A stretch of DNA of 64,000 bases from Bacteroidia bacterium (GTDB lineage: Bacteria; Bacteroidota; Bacteroidia; B-17B0; Aurantibacillaceae): contig OZ245863.1 in assembly GCA_965229165.1 (NCBI GenBank), positions 1,750,387 to 1,814,386 on the forward strand. The letters are read 5' to 3'. This document shows, in pieces, positions 1-10,649 of the stretch (position 1 is the first letter of the stretch; every line of letters starts with the position of its first letter). The notes under the pieces were generated by a model that saw only the letters and a list, made by a program, of their open reading frames with translations, was not told the DNA's origin and did not search any database. Both the position numbers and the translations under genes were made by a program.

Positions 1-1443
1 TTGATAAACAACCATTAATACAACAGTTAAAATAAACAAAGCTGGTATAATAAATTTAGAATTTACATAAGGCGTTTTAAATTTAGATTTAGGGGCGTTA
101 GGATCCATTCGAAGTTTTAAAACACCACCGCACACCAAGCAAAATGCAAAGAGTGTGCCTGCAGAACAAATATCTGTTACCATATTCATATCTACAAAAA
201 ATATGGGCACAGCTACTAATAAGCCTGTAATAATTGTTGCAAATGAGGGCGTTTTGTATTTAGGATGAATTTTAGCAAAGGCAGGGGGCAGCAATCCATC
301 GCGGCTCATACTCATCCAAATACGTGGTTGGCCTAATTGAAATACCAACATCACACTTGCCATAGCTACTACTGCACTTACTGCTATAATACCGCTTAAC
401 CAACTTAGGCTTTTTATTTTTTCAAACACAAAGGCAAGGGGGTCGCCAACAGCTAATTCGCTATAGCTTACCATACCCGTAATTACAAGTGCTATAGCCA
501 CATACAAAACAGTGCAAATAATGATTGAATATAAAATGCCTCGTGGCAAATCGCGTTGTGGATTTTTACATTCTTCGGCAGTTGTAGAGATAGCATCAAA
601 ACCGATGTAGGCAAAAAATACAGCACTAATGCCTTTTAATAAACCGCCAATACCGTTAGGAGCAAAAGGACTCCAATTTTTTGTATCAATGTAAAAAGCA
701 CCAACAAAAATTACTAATAACACAACCACAATTTTTATTAATACCATAATATTACTAGCATTACGGCTTTCTTTAATACCACGATACACCAACATAGTAA
801 TTAAAATATTTATAACTAAAGCAGGTAAATCAAAAACAATCCGCCATCCAAATAATTGCGGTGCGTGACCATAGGCTACAAATCCTTCAACTAAGCCAGA
901 GGTTTGTGGATTTATTTTTATGTCTTCAAACGGAACACCGGCAATTAATAACCCAAAAACTTTTTCGTAATTTTCTTTTGCTGTAAAATAATCTAAACAC
1001 AGCCATTCCTGAACCTGATAGGACGTGGTATTACTAACAAGTGAGGTAAAGTAATCGCTCCAACTAATTGCTACGGTTACATTGCCAATGGCATATTCCA
1101 TAATTAATGCCCAGCCAATTATCCACGCAAACAATTCGCCAAAGGCAACGTAGCTATAGGTGTAAGCACTTCCACTAACCGGAATAAGTGAAGCAAATTC
1201 GGCGTAAGCAAAAGCGGCAAAACTACAAGCAAGCGCAGTAAATAAAAATAAAAAAATTACTGCAGGTCCACCATCAGCACTGGCTTTACCAATAGTTGAA
1301 AAAATACCGGCACCAATAATGGCAGCAATGCCAAAAGCGGTTAGGTCGCGCACGCCCAAGTGTTTGGCTAAGCCGCTGTGTTCGCTTTCAGCTTCGGCAT
1401 TTTTTAAAATGGTTTCAATAGATTTTTTTCGGAATAAACTCAT
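1..1443 (-). CDS. APC-family amino acid permease (3' end runs off the window)
   Basis: Hand translation from ATG at 1443: MSLFRKKSIETILKNAEAESEHSGLAKHLGVRDLTAFGIAAIIGAGIF...GGPAV...AYAEFASLIPVSGSAYTYSY. Classic APC TM1/TM3 motifs. Missing from the ORF track because no stop lies in the window. Confidence 0.92.
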   Translation of the reverse strand, partial: MSLFRKKSIETILKNAEAESEHSGLAKHLGVRDLTAFGIAAIIGAGIFSTIGKASADGGPAVIFLFLFTALACSFAAFAYAEFASLIPVSGSAYTYSYVAFGELFAWIIGWALIMEYAIGNVTVAISWSDYFTSLVSNTTSYQVQEWLCLDYFTAKENYEKVFGLLIAGVPFEDIKINPQTSGLVEGFVAYGHAPQLFGWRIVFDLPALVINILITMLVYRGIKESRNASNIMVLIKIVVVLLVIFVGAFYIDTKNWSPFAPNGIGGLLKGISAVFFAYIGFDAISTTAEECKNPQRDLPRGILYSIIICTVLYVAIALVITGMVSYSELAVGDPLAFVFEKIKSLSWLSGIIAVSAVVAMASVMLVFQLGQPRIWMSMSRDGLLPPAFAKIHPKYKTPSFATIITGLLVAVPIFFVDMNMVTDICSAGTLFAFCLVCGGVLKLRMDPNAPKSKFKTPYVNSKFIIPALFILTVVLMVVYQ

Positions 1444-1469
1444 ATGTAATTAAGTAATAAATATACACG

Positions 1470-2954
1470 TTAATTTTTACTTTTTTTAATTGGTAAATAA
1501 TACAAAGCGCTTAATAATATAAAAATTGCCACTAAGCTACGGTAACGCACAATGGCGCCACTATTTGGGGTAGTAATGCCAACTAAAAAACTAACACTTA
1601 AAGCCAATATGAGCAATACTATGGGTAAAAATTTTTGTTTTGGCGAATTAATTATTCCAATAAAAATTATTAGAATGGAAATAATAATTAATAAATTTTC
1701 TACTGAAGCAATTAACTGTAAACTGTTTTTTGCATTAAAAAATAAGGGGTAAAACAACGTGTAATAATAACTACTTACGCATAATTTAAAAAACGAATTT
1801 GGGAGAATAAAGTTAGAACCGCTTTTAGGCAATTTATATACGAGCGTATATTCGGTGAGTGTATCGGTATTTTGTTTGCAAAACAAAGTGTCTTGTTGAT
1901 GAGTATGCTCCCAATAAATGTAAGGAGCGTTTAAATTTATTTTATATAGATTTTGTTTAGTGTCTGTTTTTTTTACTAACGTAGAATCGTAATTTAAACG
2001 CACAAATTTTAAAGTATCTAATAAAAAAATTCCTCCTGTTGATGCATCCGCAAAAACGCGCTGCCTTGCCATGGCTAATGTGTAGAGCGATTTATTTTTT
2101 AAGATTAAGGTTGCTATATTGGCTAACGATACAGATACAATTAGAATACTTATATAAACACTTATTTTTTTTATAATTTTTTTTGAAAAATAAATTTTGA
2201 AAAACAATGCAAAGCACACAAACGAAAATACTAAGATGTAGGGCTTTAATAAAAACGATATAAAAACAATAACTGTTAAAAATAAAATAGTTACTAAGCT
2301 AAATTCTTTTAAAATTAGTTTACGAATTTGGTATGTTCCACAACCTAAAAAAAATAGGGTTAGTGCTTCTTTTGAAAGAGAACCAGTATAAAACCAAAGT
2401 GTAGGAAAAAAACAAAGTAATACTAATACCCAAATTTCTTTTCCAACAAAAAACTGTTTTATAGATTTATAAAGGTAAATGATACCTACAAAACTTAAAA
2501 AGCAACTAAATACCGCATGTACATAATACGAATTAAATGCAATAAAATGCAATAGTGAATGTATACGAATTACAATGCGGTTATCGTTGTATAAAAAATC
2601 TCTAATTCTACCATTATCCCAATTGCTTGTGTATACAAGGCAATTTTCATAACAAAACGAACCTTCGGAATCATCTTGAAATCCAAATAGCATTTTTAAA
2701 TACTCAAAAAAGTGTTGGTGTGCAAACGTATTTACAGCTTTTGAATCCTTATAAAAATTACCAGCATCAAAATTATCCAAACCCCCATAAAAGCGTTGGT
2801 AAATTAAAACATACACAGGTATAGCCAAGGCTTTAAGAAAAAACAAACCTGTAATTATTTTAGAAGAAATAATAGTATCTTTTAAAATTCCAAAAAAATT
2901 GGTTTTATAAATTATAATCAAAAAAATAATTAAATATATACTAGCGGCTATCAA
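1470..2954 (-). CDS. Polytopic membrane protein, possibly GT-C/Wzy-like
   Basis: 494 aa with about 10-11 hydrophobic segments and two large soluble loops; function inferred from architecture only. Confidence 0.5.
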   Translation of the reverse strand: MIAASIYLIIFLIIIYKTNFFGILKDTIISSKIITGLFFLKALAIPVYVLIYQRFYGGLDNFDAGNFYKDSKAVNTFAHQHFFEYLKMLFGFQDDSEGSFCYENCLVYTSNWDNGRIRDFLYNDNRIVIRIHSLLHFIAFNSYYVHAVFSCFLSFVGIIYLYKSIKQFFVGKEIWVLVLLCFFPTLWFYTGSLSKEALTLFFLGCGTYQIRKLILKEFSLVTILFLTVIVFISFLLKPYILVFSFVCFALFFKIYFSKKIIKKISVYISILIVSVSLANIATLILKNKSLYTLAMARQRVFADASTGGIFLLDTLKFVRLNYDSTLVKKTDTKQNLYKINLNAPYIYWEHTHQQDTLFCKQNTDTLTEYTLVYKLPKSGSNFILPNSFFKLCVSSYYYTLFYPLFFNAKNSLQLIASVENLLIIISILIIFIGIINSPKQKFLPIVLLILALSVSFLVGITTPNSGAIVRYRSLVAIFILLSALYYLPIKKSKN

Positions 2955-3392
2955 CTAATAGGATTCAAAAAATTTAATTTCCATAATGCGCTCAGGTGTT
3001 GCCAATTGATTAAAGCCAAATTGTTTGTATAAGCCCTGTGCATCTTTAGTAGCTAACATAAAGCGGCGAAGAGGTTTAAAGGCAGGATAAGCCATTATAA
3101 AACGCATTAAGTGTTTAGATAAGCCTTGCCCTCTGTATCCCTCTAAAATAAATACATCGGCTAAATAGCCAAAGGTAGCACTATCAGTAATTACACGTGC
3201 AAAACCTATTTGTTGCGTATTGTTATAAATACCAAAACATAAACTGCCTTCTATAGATTGCTGAACTATGCTTAAAGGAATGTTTTTAGCCCAATAGCTT
3301 TCGTTTGCTAAATAATTATAAATAACATTTATCTGTAGTTTTGTTTTATCAGTACTAAAAAAGTAATCGTTTATTTTTTTTTCGAATAGCAT
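2955..3392 (-). CDS. GNAT family N-acetyltransferase
   Basis: IGFARVITD...LADVFILEGYRGQGLSK motif A; AQGLYKQFGF. Confidence 0.92.
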   Translation of the reverse strand: MLFEKKINDYFFSTDKTKLQINVIYNYLANESYWAKNIPLSIVQQSIEGSLCFGIYNNTQQIGFARVITDSATFGYLADVFILEGYRGQGLSKHLMRFIMAYPAFKPLRRFMLATKDAQGLYKQFGFNQLATPERIMEIKFFESY

Positions 3393-3395
3393 TTT

Positions 3396-4265
3396 TTATA
3401 AATTATCTACAGCAATTAAATAGTTGTTTTTTGTATCAAAATTAAAACGTGTAATTTTTTTTAAACCATAAGCAGATAAATCGAATAGCAAGTCCCAATT
3501 ACTTGTAGCTTCTTTATAACGTAGTATTTTGTTCCCTTCGCTTTTTAACAAGCCCCATTGCGCATGCCAAATAATATCTTCGTTTAGGGAACTATACTCA
3601 GCATATTTTTCGCTTTTATGTAATACAAAATCGTATTTATAAAAGGTAACGTTTGTGCTGTCTTTTAGTCCGTAAATTAAAGTATGGCGGTTAATAGCTT
3701 TAAAACCTCTAACTGGATTGTTGCCCAGCCATTTGTCTTCGCCTGAGGAGATGCAATGATAACGTAGGCTATGGGGTTGCGTTAATTTGTAATAAATAAC
3801 TGTATCTGTATTTAAAAATGTAAAATAACCTACCGAGTCGACATTAAAAAGTGGGTTGGTTTTTACTAAGACAGCGTTTTTATCGAACGTTAACATTTGA
3901 ATTATTTGAGAGCTGTCTTTTAAAACTGTTACACACGTCATTAACTTATCATCACTAGCTGGGGTAGGGGAGTACTCGCTTTCGGCAGTTTTGGTTAGTT
4001 GGCTTGTTTTTTCTTTACCCGAATCATAACAATAAATATCTGCTTGTTTATCTTCTTTAATACTTATAAAATATATTTTTTTTCCGCTACTGTTAAATGC
4101 TGGTTGGTTATCGTAACCCTCTCGGTTAGTAATGTTTTTACCCGATTTAATAGTTATATTTTTTTTTTGTTTCTGTAGTTTAAACAACCAAATATCGGTA
4201 TTTGGCAATTGTGCTTTTGTTATAAAGCAAACTGATAAACTAATTACTATTAATTTTATGTTCAT
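3396..4265 (-). CDS. Exported TolB-like/PD40 beta-propeller protein
   Basis: Signal peptide; GYDNQPAF and ESEYSPT PD40-like repeats. Confidence 0.75.
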   Translation of the reverse strand: MNIKLIVISLSVCFITKAQLPNTDIWLFKLQKQKKNITIKSGKNITNREGYDNQPAFNSSGKKIYFISIKEDKQADIYCYDSGKEKTSQLTKTAESEYSPTPASDDKLMTCVTVLKDSSQIIQMLTFDKNAVLVKTNPLFNVDSVGYFTFLNTDTVIYYKLTQPHSLRYHCISSGEDKWLGNNPVRGFKAINRHTLIYGLKDSTNVTFYKYDFVLHKSEKYAEYSSLNEDIIWHAQWGLLKSEGNKILRYKEATSNWDLLFDLSAYGLKKITRFNFDTKNNYLIAVDNL

Positions 4266-4827
4266 TTAATTTAAAAAAGAAAGTATTAAAAATATAAAAA
4301 ATTAAAGTTCCAAATAACAAACCATCAATAAAGCCTACAAATATATCGCTTGGATAATGTGCTCCTAAATACATTCGGCTGTAAACAACAATTAATGGGT
4401 ATAAAAAAAATAAGATTTTCTTTTTTTTACTAATCCAAGTGGCACACAAAAAAATATAAACGGTTAAGCCAAATGTATTTGCCGAATGCCCCGAAAAAAA
4501 ACCATATTTACCCCCTTCGTAATTATTTACTTTATGAATAGTTTTTTTAAGTTCTAAATGATGCGTTGGGCGGTAGCGTTTAACGCCGTGCTTTATGGCA
4601 TTGCTCGATAAATCTGTACATGCAAAAACAATAGCACACCCTAAAATAAATTCGATTACTTTTTTTTGTCCAAATTTTTTAAAGAAAAAATATGCAAAAA
4701 CAAAAATTAAAGCTACTGTTGGGATAGTACTACTAAAACCCCACATAATCGTATCAAAAATGGGGCTATTATGGGAATTAATAAACAGTAGCAGCTCAGT
4801 ATCTATTGCCTTAAGTTGTTCAAACAT
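4240..4827 (-). CDS. PAP2 family phosphatase
   Basis: K...RYRP, FFSGH, SRMYLGAHYPSD motifs. Confidence 0.93.
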   Translation of the reverse strand: MFEQLKAIDTELLLFINSHNSPIFDTIMWGFSSTIPTVALIFVFAYFFFKKFGQKKVIEFILGCAIVFACTDLSSNAIKHGVKRYRPTHHLELKKTIHKVNNYEGGKYGFFSGHSANTFGLTVYIFLCATWISKKKKILFFLYPLIVVYSRMYLGAHYPSDIFVGFIDGLLFGTLIFYIFNTFFFKLNEHKINSN

Positions 4828-4913
4828 AGTTTAAAAATAGGTAAAATATAATAAAAATAGCTATTGCCAAGGCGTTAGAAAAAGCAAAGTTTTTTTAGCG
4901 TTATAAACACTTG

Positions 4914-5291
4914 CTATTTGGAGTTTGTTTTTTTATAGCCTACAAACAAATTTATCCAAATTAATCGCGATTTTCGGTAAATCCAAGGTACTAGCATTAA
5001 AAGGGATATACAAAATGTTGTTAAAAATACGACAATATCTAACTTAAATAATACTACCATTGCAACAAATAAGGCTAAGCCGTATGCTACTGTTAACCCA
5101 TAGCTGGCGTACATGGCTCCAACATAAAAACCGGTTTCGGGTCTAAAGCTTTCGTTACATACAGGACAATTAGTATGCATTTTATCAAACTTTTTTAAAT
5201 TGTAAGCATTATTAGTTATAAAAAAATTGCCCTTGTGGCATTTTGGGCATTTGTTAAATAAGATAGAGTATAAACGTGTGCTTTTAAACAT
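4914..5291 (-). CDS. DUF983-like Zn-ribbon membrane protein
   Basis: CPKC...CPVC, then GAMYASY and two TM helices. Confidence 0.8.
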   Translation of the reverse strand: MFKSTRLYSILFNKCPKCHKGNFFITNNAYNLKKFDKMHTNCPVCNESFRPETGFYVGAMYASYGLTVAYGLALFVAMVVLFKLDIVVFLTTFCISLLMLVPWIYRKSRLIWINLFVGYKKTNSK

Positions 5292-5395
5292 ATCATAAAG
5301 GTAATATTAAACTAGTCTAGTAACGATTAAAAATTACTTATTTGCATAACTATATCGCAGGTTACTTTTTTAATAATTTTATCTACCTTTAAATT

Positions 5396-6448
5396 ATGAA
5401 GAAAATAGGTATTCTAATCCTGATTTTAATTGAAAGTGCGGCTTACAGTCAAAAAGCTACAACCGATCCTTATTTTCTTGAAACACGAGATACTATTTCA
5501 GCGTTTGGACCGGTAAGTATTACTCGAAATATTTTGGAAGATAAAAAAGGCAATATTTGGTTTGCTAGCTGGCAGGGCATTGTGAAGTATGACGGTAAGG
5601 TGTTTACAAATTACACGTTAAAAGAAAACCTTATTCATTTTCACGTTTACTCTATTATGGAAGATAGAAGCGGTAACATTTGGTTCGGCACCATTCGTGG
5701 CGGAGCCTATAAATATAACGGCAAAAGCTTTACCCTTTTCACAACAAACGACGGCCTTATTGATGATTTAATTGGCTGCATGATGGAAGATAAGACCGGA
5801 AACATTTGGTTTGGTACAGATGGAGGAATAAGCCGTTGCGATACTTCAGTTGCATTCAAGACAAGCTCTATACCTGGGATCACAACATTATCAGGTTTAC
5901 CGTTAACGTCTAAAAAAGGTTTTACTAGTTATACTACTCAAAACGGCCTTTGTGGTGATAGGGTTAATTCAATTACACAGGATAAGAGCGGAACGATATG
6001 GATAGCCACTCGTTCAGGTGTTAGTTGTTACAAGGGTAAAACCTTTACCAATTTTACAATTAATGGCCTGCCTTTTACAAATGTTCGTTGCATAAAAGAA
6101 GATAAGAACGGCAAGATTTGGATTGGCGGCCAGGATGGGCTGTATTGTTATAATCCTTCTTTAATAGGCGAAGCAGCATTAACAAAATTAATGTCTAATT
6201 TTATATGTTATATTTATGAAGACAAAGCTGGAATTTTTTGGATAAGTACAGGCGAACGGGACGCGGTAGACGGAATGGCTTTATATAAATATGACCAAAA
6301 AAATTTCACCAAGTTATTAGTGAAAAATAAAGCTGGTGACTCTCAGGTGTTTGAAATTACAGAAGACAAAAGCGGCAGTATTTGGTTCGGCACTATGCAA
6401 GGCCCTTGTCGTTACGATGGAAAAACGTTTACCTATTTTAAGAAATAG
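5396..6448 (+). CDS. Two-component regulator propeller (Reg_prop) repeat protein, exported
   Basis: Repeated I.ED..G.IWFGT..G motifs; signal peptide; no kinase domain. Confidence 0.88.
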   Translation: MKKIGILILILIESAAYSQKATTDPYFLETRDTISAFGPVSITRNILEDKKGNIWFASWQGIVKYDGKVFTNYTLKENLIHFHVYSIMEDRSGNIWFGTIRGGAYKYNGKSFTLFTTNDGLIDDLIGCMMEDKTGNIWFGTDGGISRCDTSVAFKTSSIPGITTLSGLPLTSKKGFTSYTTQNGLCGDRVNSITQDKSGTIWIATRSGVSCYKGKTFTNFTINGLPFTNVRCIKEDKNGKIWIGGQDGLYCYNPSLIGEAALTKLMSNFICYIYEDKAGIFWISTGERDAVDGMALYKYDQKNFTKLLVKNKAGDSQVFEITEDKSGSIWFGTMQGPCRYDGKTFTYFKK

Positions 6449-6468
6449 CGCGTGAGGTTAAGTAAACA

Positions 6469-7185
6469 TTATCTAAACTGCTTATAGTCATCTTCACCAA
6501 TTGTTGCCCAACGTTTTTTAGCAAATTCAAAAAAGTCTGTTTTAGTTTTTAATTTATCGTCGGGTGTAAAATTGTTTTTGTTATTTATTTTAGGGTTACC
6601 GGCTCTAATAAGTGTTTCGCCTCTCATAGCATACTTGTCTGTTTTTTCGTAAAGAATTAGTTTTTGTGTTGCAGGAGAAACATCTCCACGACAGGATAAT
6701 TTATAAATGAAAGTTATTTCGGCAAACCCGTCCTTGTCAATATCCGTAATGGTTAAACCACGCTGATAAAAACCAGCATACATATCTACGCCAAAGCAAA
6801 CAACCAAGTCGTAAAGTTTCCAAAGTCTGCTGTATGTTTTTTCCGATTTCTTTTTAGTAAACAAATAAGCGTTAATTTCGGCTTTTGCATTAATTTCACC
6901 GGTTGTATCTTTAAAATTAAATCCGCCGGTTTGAGTAAGAAGTAGAATGTTTGTACCACTACTATCTGCCCATTTTAAGGCTTCCACAACAATTCCGCGG
7001 TATTCAATTTCTTTAGGAATTTCTCCAAAACCAATGCTATCAAGTTTAAGTGTTGAGTTTTTGAAGTCGGAGATGGACAGCCAAAGCGTACTTTTCATAG
7101 ATTCTTCTTTATCCCGCAATGTTGTTTGCTGTGCGTACGTTAGTGTTTGGATACAAATGATAATAATAACGAATAGTATTCTCAT
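6469..7185 (-). CDS. Exported hypothetical protein
   Basis: Signal peptide; TDIDKDGFAE loop and YKLSCRGDVSP motif; 238 aa. Confidence 0.6.
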   Translation of the reverse strand: MRILFVIIIICIQTLTYAQQTTLRDKEESMKSTLWLSISDFKNSTLKLDSIGFGEIPKEIEYRGIVVEALKWADSSGTNILLLTQTGGFNFKDTTGEINAKAEINAYLFTKKKSEKTYSRLWKLYDLVVCFGVDMYAGFYQRGLTITDIDKDGFAEITFIYKLSCRGDVSPATQKLILYEKTDKYAMRGETLIRAGNPKINNKNNFTPDDKLKTKTDFFEFAKKRWATIGEDDYKQFR

Positions 7186-7214
7186 AAAATTTTTTGTTAA
7201 CCGCTGTATAGGCG

Positions 7215-7955
7215 CTACTTCCCAGCTAACTTAGCAGCATTAAATTTTTCGGTACGTTTGTTTTTACCGTTATCATCGTAATAAATCCAGGTGCCGTCTT
7301 TTAAATAGCTTTTGGTGTTGACATTAAAAACTAAGGCTCCTTCTTCTTTTAATTGCCCGTTTTGGTAGTAGTTTTTTTGCAAATATTTTTTGTTTTTTTC
7401 GTCGGTAATTTCCAACATACTTTCTTGCTGCCCATTACTGTACCAACTTTTTTTAAGTGTTAGGTACTTCATTTCTTTTTCGTTTTCTTCGGCATATTTT
7501 GGTAAGCCACTAAAATAAAATTCGTATTTTTTTTGAGGCAAGCCGTCGTAGTAATTTATTTGAAAACGCGGCTTTCCGTTCTCGTAATACACATCTATAT
7601 TGCAATGCAAGGGGTCGGGATTTATTACAGAACGTTCGCATTGCCCATTTTCATAAAAGTTTTTAAAAATTATTACTTTCCCATCAATATAATAGCCCCT
7701 ATGTAAAAGCTTTCCACTCACATAATAGTCTTCATTCCAGCCTTGTAAGTTGTATCCTGCTTTATTGTAAGTAATCGAATCGCCACCTATAGCTTCTAAT
7801 AGCTTATTGTAAACATAAATGCCTTTTACGCTATCAACGATGTCTTTTTGTTTATAACGGCGTAATTGAGGAATTTGCTCAGAGAAACGCTGAGCATTTA
7901 TTTCGTTCGCACAAAACAAAACAATAATAAAACAATATTTATAAAAATGTTTCAA
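7215..7955 (-). CDS. MORN-variant repeat (YwqK-like) exported protein
   Basis: Repeated YY.NG..K motifs; signal peptide. Confidence 0.8.
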   Translation of the reverse strand: MKHFYKYCFIIVLFCANEINAQRFSEQIPQLRRYKQKDIVDSVKGIYVYNKLLEAIGGDSITYNKAGYNLQGWNEDYYVSGKLLHRGYYIDGKVIIFKNFYENGQCERSVINPDPLHCNIDVYYENGKPRFQINYYDGLPQKKYEFYFSGLPKYAEENEKEMKYLTLKKSWYSNGQQESMLEITDEKNKKYLQKNYYQNGQLKEEGALVFNVNTKSYLKDGTWIYYDDNGKNKRTEKFNAAKLAGK

Positions 7956-8068
7956 TGGGTATAATATACAAAGTTAAAAAAAAATAGCCTATTTTAAATA
8001 TAGTTATCAATACATACCTGTTAAATAGTTAAAAATTTATATTTTTATAATCTTTATCAAAAAATACT

Positions 8069-9697
8069 ATGAACTTAGAATTTAATAAAAACGACGATAA
8101 AATGCGTTTACTCATTAGCCAAATGGAGCAACGCCTACAAAAAATATACGAAGGTGGTGGTAAAAAACGTATAGAAAAATTGCACGAACAAGGAAAAATG
8201 AGTGCGCGCGAACGTATTGATTTTTTGTTGGATAAAAATACCGCTCGTTTTGAAATGGGCGCTTTTGCAGGATACGAGATGTACGCAGAACACGGCGGTT
8301 GCCCCGGAGGTGGCGTTGTAATTGTAATTGGTTATGTGAGTGGCAAACAATGTATAGTAGTTGCAAATGATGCTACGGTTAAGGCAGGGGCTTGGTTTCC
8401 TATTACTGGAAAAAAGAATTTACGTGCGCAAGAAATTGCGATGGAAAACCGTTTGCCCATAATTTATTTGGTAGATAGCGCAGGGGTTTATTTGCCTTTA
8501 CAGGATGAAATTTTTCCAGATAAAGAACACTTTGGGAGAATATTTAGAAACAACGCCATTATGAGCGGCATGGGCATTTTGCAGGTAAGTGCTGTTATGG
8601 GGAGTTGTGTGGCGGGTGGTGCTTATTTACCAATTATGAGCGATGAAGCAATGATTGTTGATAAAACGGGCTCTATTTTTTTGGCGGGAAGTTATTTAGT
8701 AAAAGCTGCTATTGGTGAAACCATTGATAATGAAACCTTGGGCGGAGCCACAACACATTGCGAAATTAGTGGTGTAACGGATTATAAATGTAAAGATGAT
8801 GCCGATTGTTTAACGCGTATTCGGAGCATTATGAGCAAAGTAGGCGATTACGATAAAGCAGGGTTTAATCGCGAAACACCCGCTCTACCTAAAAAAGACG
8901 TAAAGGACATTTATGGTATTATACCCGATACAAGGGACAAGCAATACGAAGTACGTGAAATTATTGAACGCCTAGTGGACAATGGCGAGCACGATGAATA
9001 CAAAGAATTGTATGGTCAGTCAATAGTTTGTACCTATGCGCGTATTGATGGTTGGGCGGTGGGTATAGTTGCCAATCAGCGCAAAGTTGTAAAAAGTAAA
9101 AAAGGGGAGATGCAATTTGGTGGCGTAATTTATAGCGACAGTGCCGATAAAGCTGCCCGTTTTATAATGAATTGTAATCAAAAGAAAATTCCTTTGGTGT
9201 TTTTACAAGATGCTACCGGTTTTATGGTTGGAAGCCGTAGCGAGCAAGGCGGAATTATTAAAGACGGTGCAAAATTAGTAGGGGCAATGGCAAATTCGGT
9301 TGTGCCAAAGTTTACAATAATTATGGGCAACAGTTATGGTGCTGCTAATTATGCAATGTGTGGTAAGGCTTACGACCCTCGATTAATAGTAGGATGGCCA
9401 ACAGCCCAGGTTGCCGTAATGGGCGGGGCACAGGCTGCAAAAGTATTGGTGCAAATAGAGGTAGCCAGTTTAAAAGCTAAAGGCGAAGAAATTACACCCG
9501 AAAAAGAAGCAGAGCTGTATAATAAAACAAAAGACCGTTATGATGCGCAAACAACGCCTTATTATGCCGCAGGCCGTTTGTGGTTAGATGCAATAATTGA
9601 TCCATGCGACACTCGCAAAGTTATTAGTATGGGTATTGAAATGGCAAATCATGCGCCAATAACGAAACAGTATAATATTGGCGTTTTACAAACCTAA
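8069..9697 (+). CDS. Acyl-CoA carboxylase beta subunit (methylcrotonyl-CoA carboxylase-like)
   Basis: GKMSARERIDFLLD, VANDATVKAGAW, GSCVAGGAY, GNSYGAANYAMCG. Confidence 0.95.
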   Translation: MNLEFNKNDDKMRLLISQMEQRLQKIYEGGGKKRIEKLHEQGKMSARERIDFLLDKNTARFEMGAFAGYEMYAEHGGCPGGGVVIVIGYVSGKQCIVVANDATVKAGAWFPITGKKNLRAQEIAMENRLPIIYLVDSAGVYLPLQDEIFPDKEHFGRIFRNNAIMSGMGILQVSAVMGSCVAGGAYLPIMSDEAMIVDKTGSIFLAGSYLVKAAIGETIDNETLGGATTHCEISGVTDYKCKDDADCLTRIRSIMSKVGDYDKAGFNRETPALPKKDVKDIYGIIPDTRDKQYEVREIIERLVDNGEHDEYKELYGQSIVCTYARIDGWAVGIVANQRKVVKSKKGEMQFGGVIYSDSADKAARFIMNCNQKKIPLVFLQDATGFMVGSRSEQGGIIKDGAKLVGAMANSVVPKFTIIMGNSYGAANYAMCGKAYDPRLIVGWPTAQVAVMGGAQAAKVLVQIEVASLKAKGEEITPEKEAELYNKTKDRYDAQTTPYYAAGRLWLDAIIDPCDTRKVISMGIEMANHAPITKQYNIGVLQT

Positions 9698-10109
9698 TCT
9701 CGTGAATTCACCCGAATTATTAGATACACTAAAAGAATTAGATTATTCTGATGTTAACCTAAAATTAAAGTCGAATAATATAGTTTATGTTTTATTTAAA
9801 GACCATTGTAATTTAGATGTTGATTTACAAATGCGTTTATTAGATTATTATAGAGATATTACAGGCGGAAAATTAATGCGTTTTATATTTTTAGCGGCAG
9901 AAAATGTAACTATTACTAAAGAAGCTAGAGATAATGCTATTTTAATAGAGGATCAGTCGATGGTTGGTGCAAGTGCACTTGTTGTGAGTAGTTTAGCATA
10001 TAAAATAATCGCAAATTTTTACATGAAAGTTCAAAAACCTAAAAGACCATTAAAAGCTTTTGGAAATGAAAATGATGCCGTTGAATGGATACAGAAAATA
10101 AAAATTTGA
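9678..10109 (+). CDS. Small SpoIIAA/STAS-SEC14-like protein (paralog 1); start uncertain
   Basis: ITKEAR...ASALVVSSLAYKIIANFY...KAFGNENDAVEWI, typical of Bacteroidota SpoIIAA-like proteins. Confidence 0.7.
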   Translation: MAFYKPNLVNSPELLDTLKELDYSDVNLKLKSNNIVYVLFKDHCNLDVDLQMRLLDYYRDITGGKLMRFIFLAAENVTITKEARDNAILIEDQSMVGASALVVSSLAYKIIANFYMKVQKPKRPLKAFGNENDAVEWIQKIKI

Positions 10110-10153
10110 ATAGTTTAAAATAACAAAAAATTTGTACTTTACAGACTTAAATT

Positions 10154-10564
10154 ATGATTTTAGAAAATGATGTTGAAATAGTAAAGCAAATTAAATTGCC
10201 CGAAGCTACGTTAAGTTTAAGGCAAGACGATATTGTTCAAGTATTTTATCATACGAATACAATTTTAGATGTACCTCTGCAGCTTAGAATGGCAGATGCA
10301 TTTAATAAAATTGCAAATGGCAAAAAATCACTTTTTATTTTTGAAGCAGGCGACAATGTTATTGTTACTAAAGAGGCAAGAAATAATGCATTAAAGTTAG
10401 AAGATTCAACCCCAATTTTAGCTTCGGCAGTTGTTGCAAATAATTTAGCTTATAGAATTATTGCAAATTTTTTTATTAAGGTTCAAAAACCAAAAGGGAA
10501 ATATAAAGTTGTTGCAAATAAAGAAGAAGCCGTTAAATGGCTAAAATCGCTCGAATTTCAATAA
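10154..10564 (+). CDS. Small SpoIIAA/STAS-SEC14-like protein (paralog 2)
   Basis: VTKEAR...ASAVVANNLAYRIIANFF...NKEEAVKWL; clearly homologous to the upstream ORF. Confidence 0.72.
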   Translation: MILENDVEIVKQIKLPEATLSLRQDDIVQVFYHTNTILDVPLQLRMADAFNKIANGKKSLFIFEAGDNVIVTKEARNNALKLEDSTPILASAVVANNLAYRIIANFFIKVQKPKGKYKVVANKEEAVKWLKSLEFQ

Positions 10565-10649
10565 CACTATATATTTTTATTTTTTTAGAGTTTTCGAATA
10601 CGTCAATAGCAAATAATTGAACGAAATTTCCGTATTTTAGCACTAAATT

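Noticed and set aside
7215-7955. YwqK-like protein as the antitoxin of a toxin-antitoxin pair
   Set aside because: It has a signal peptide and no adjacent toxin; MORN-variant proteins are common in Bacteroidota.
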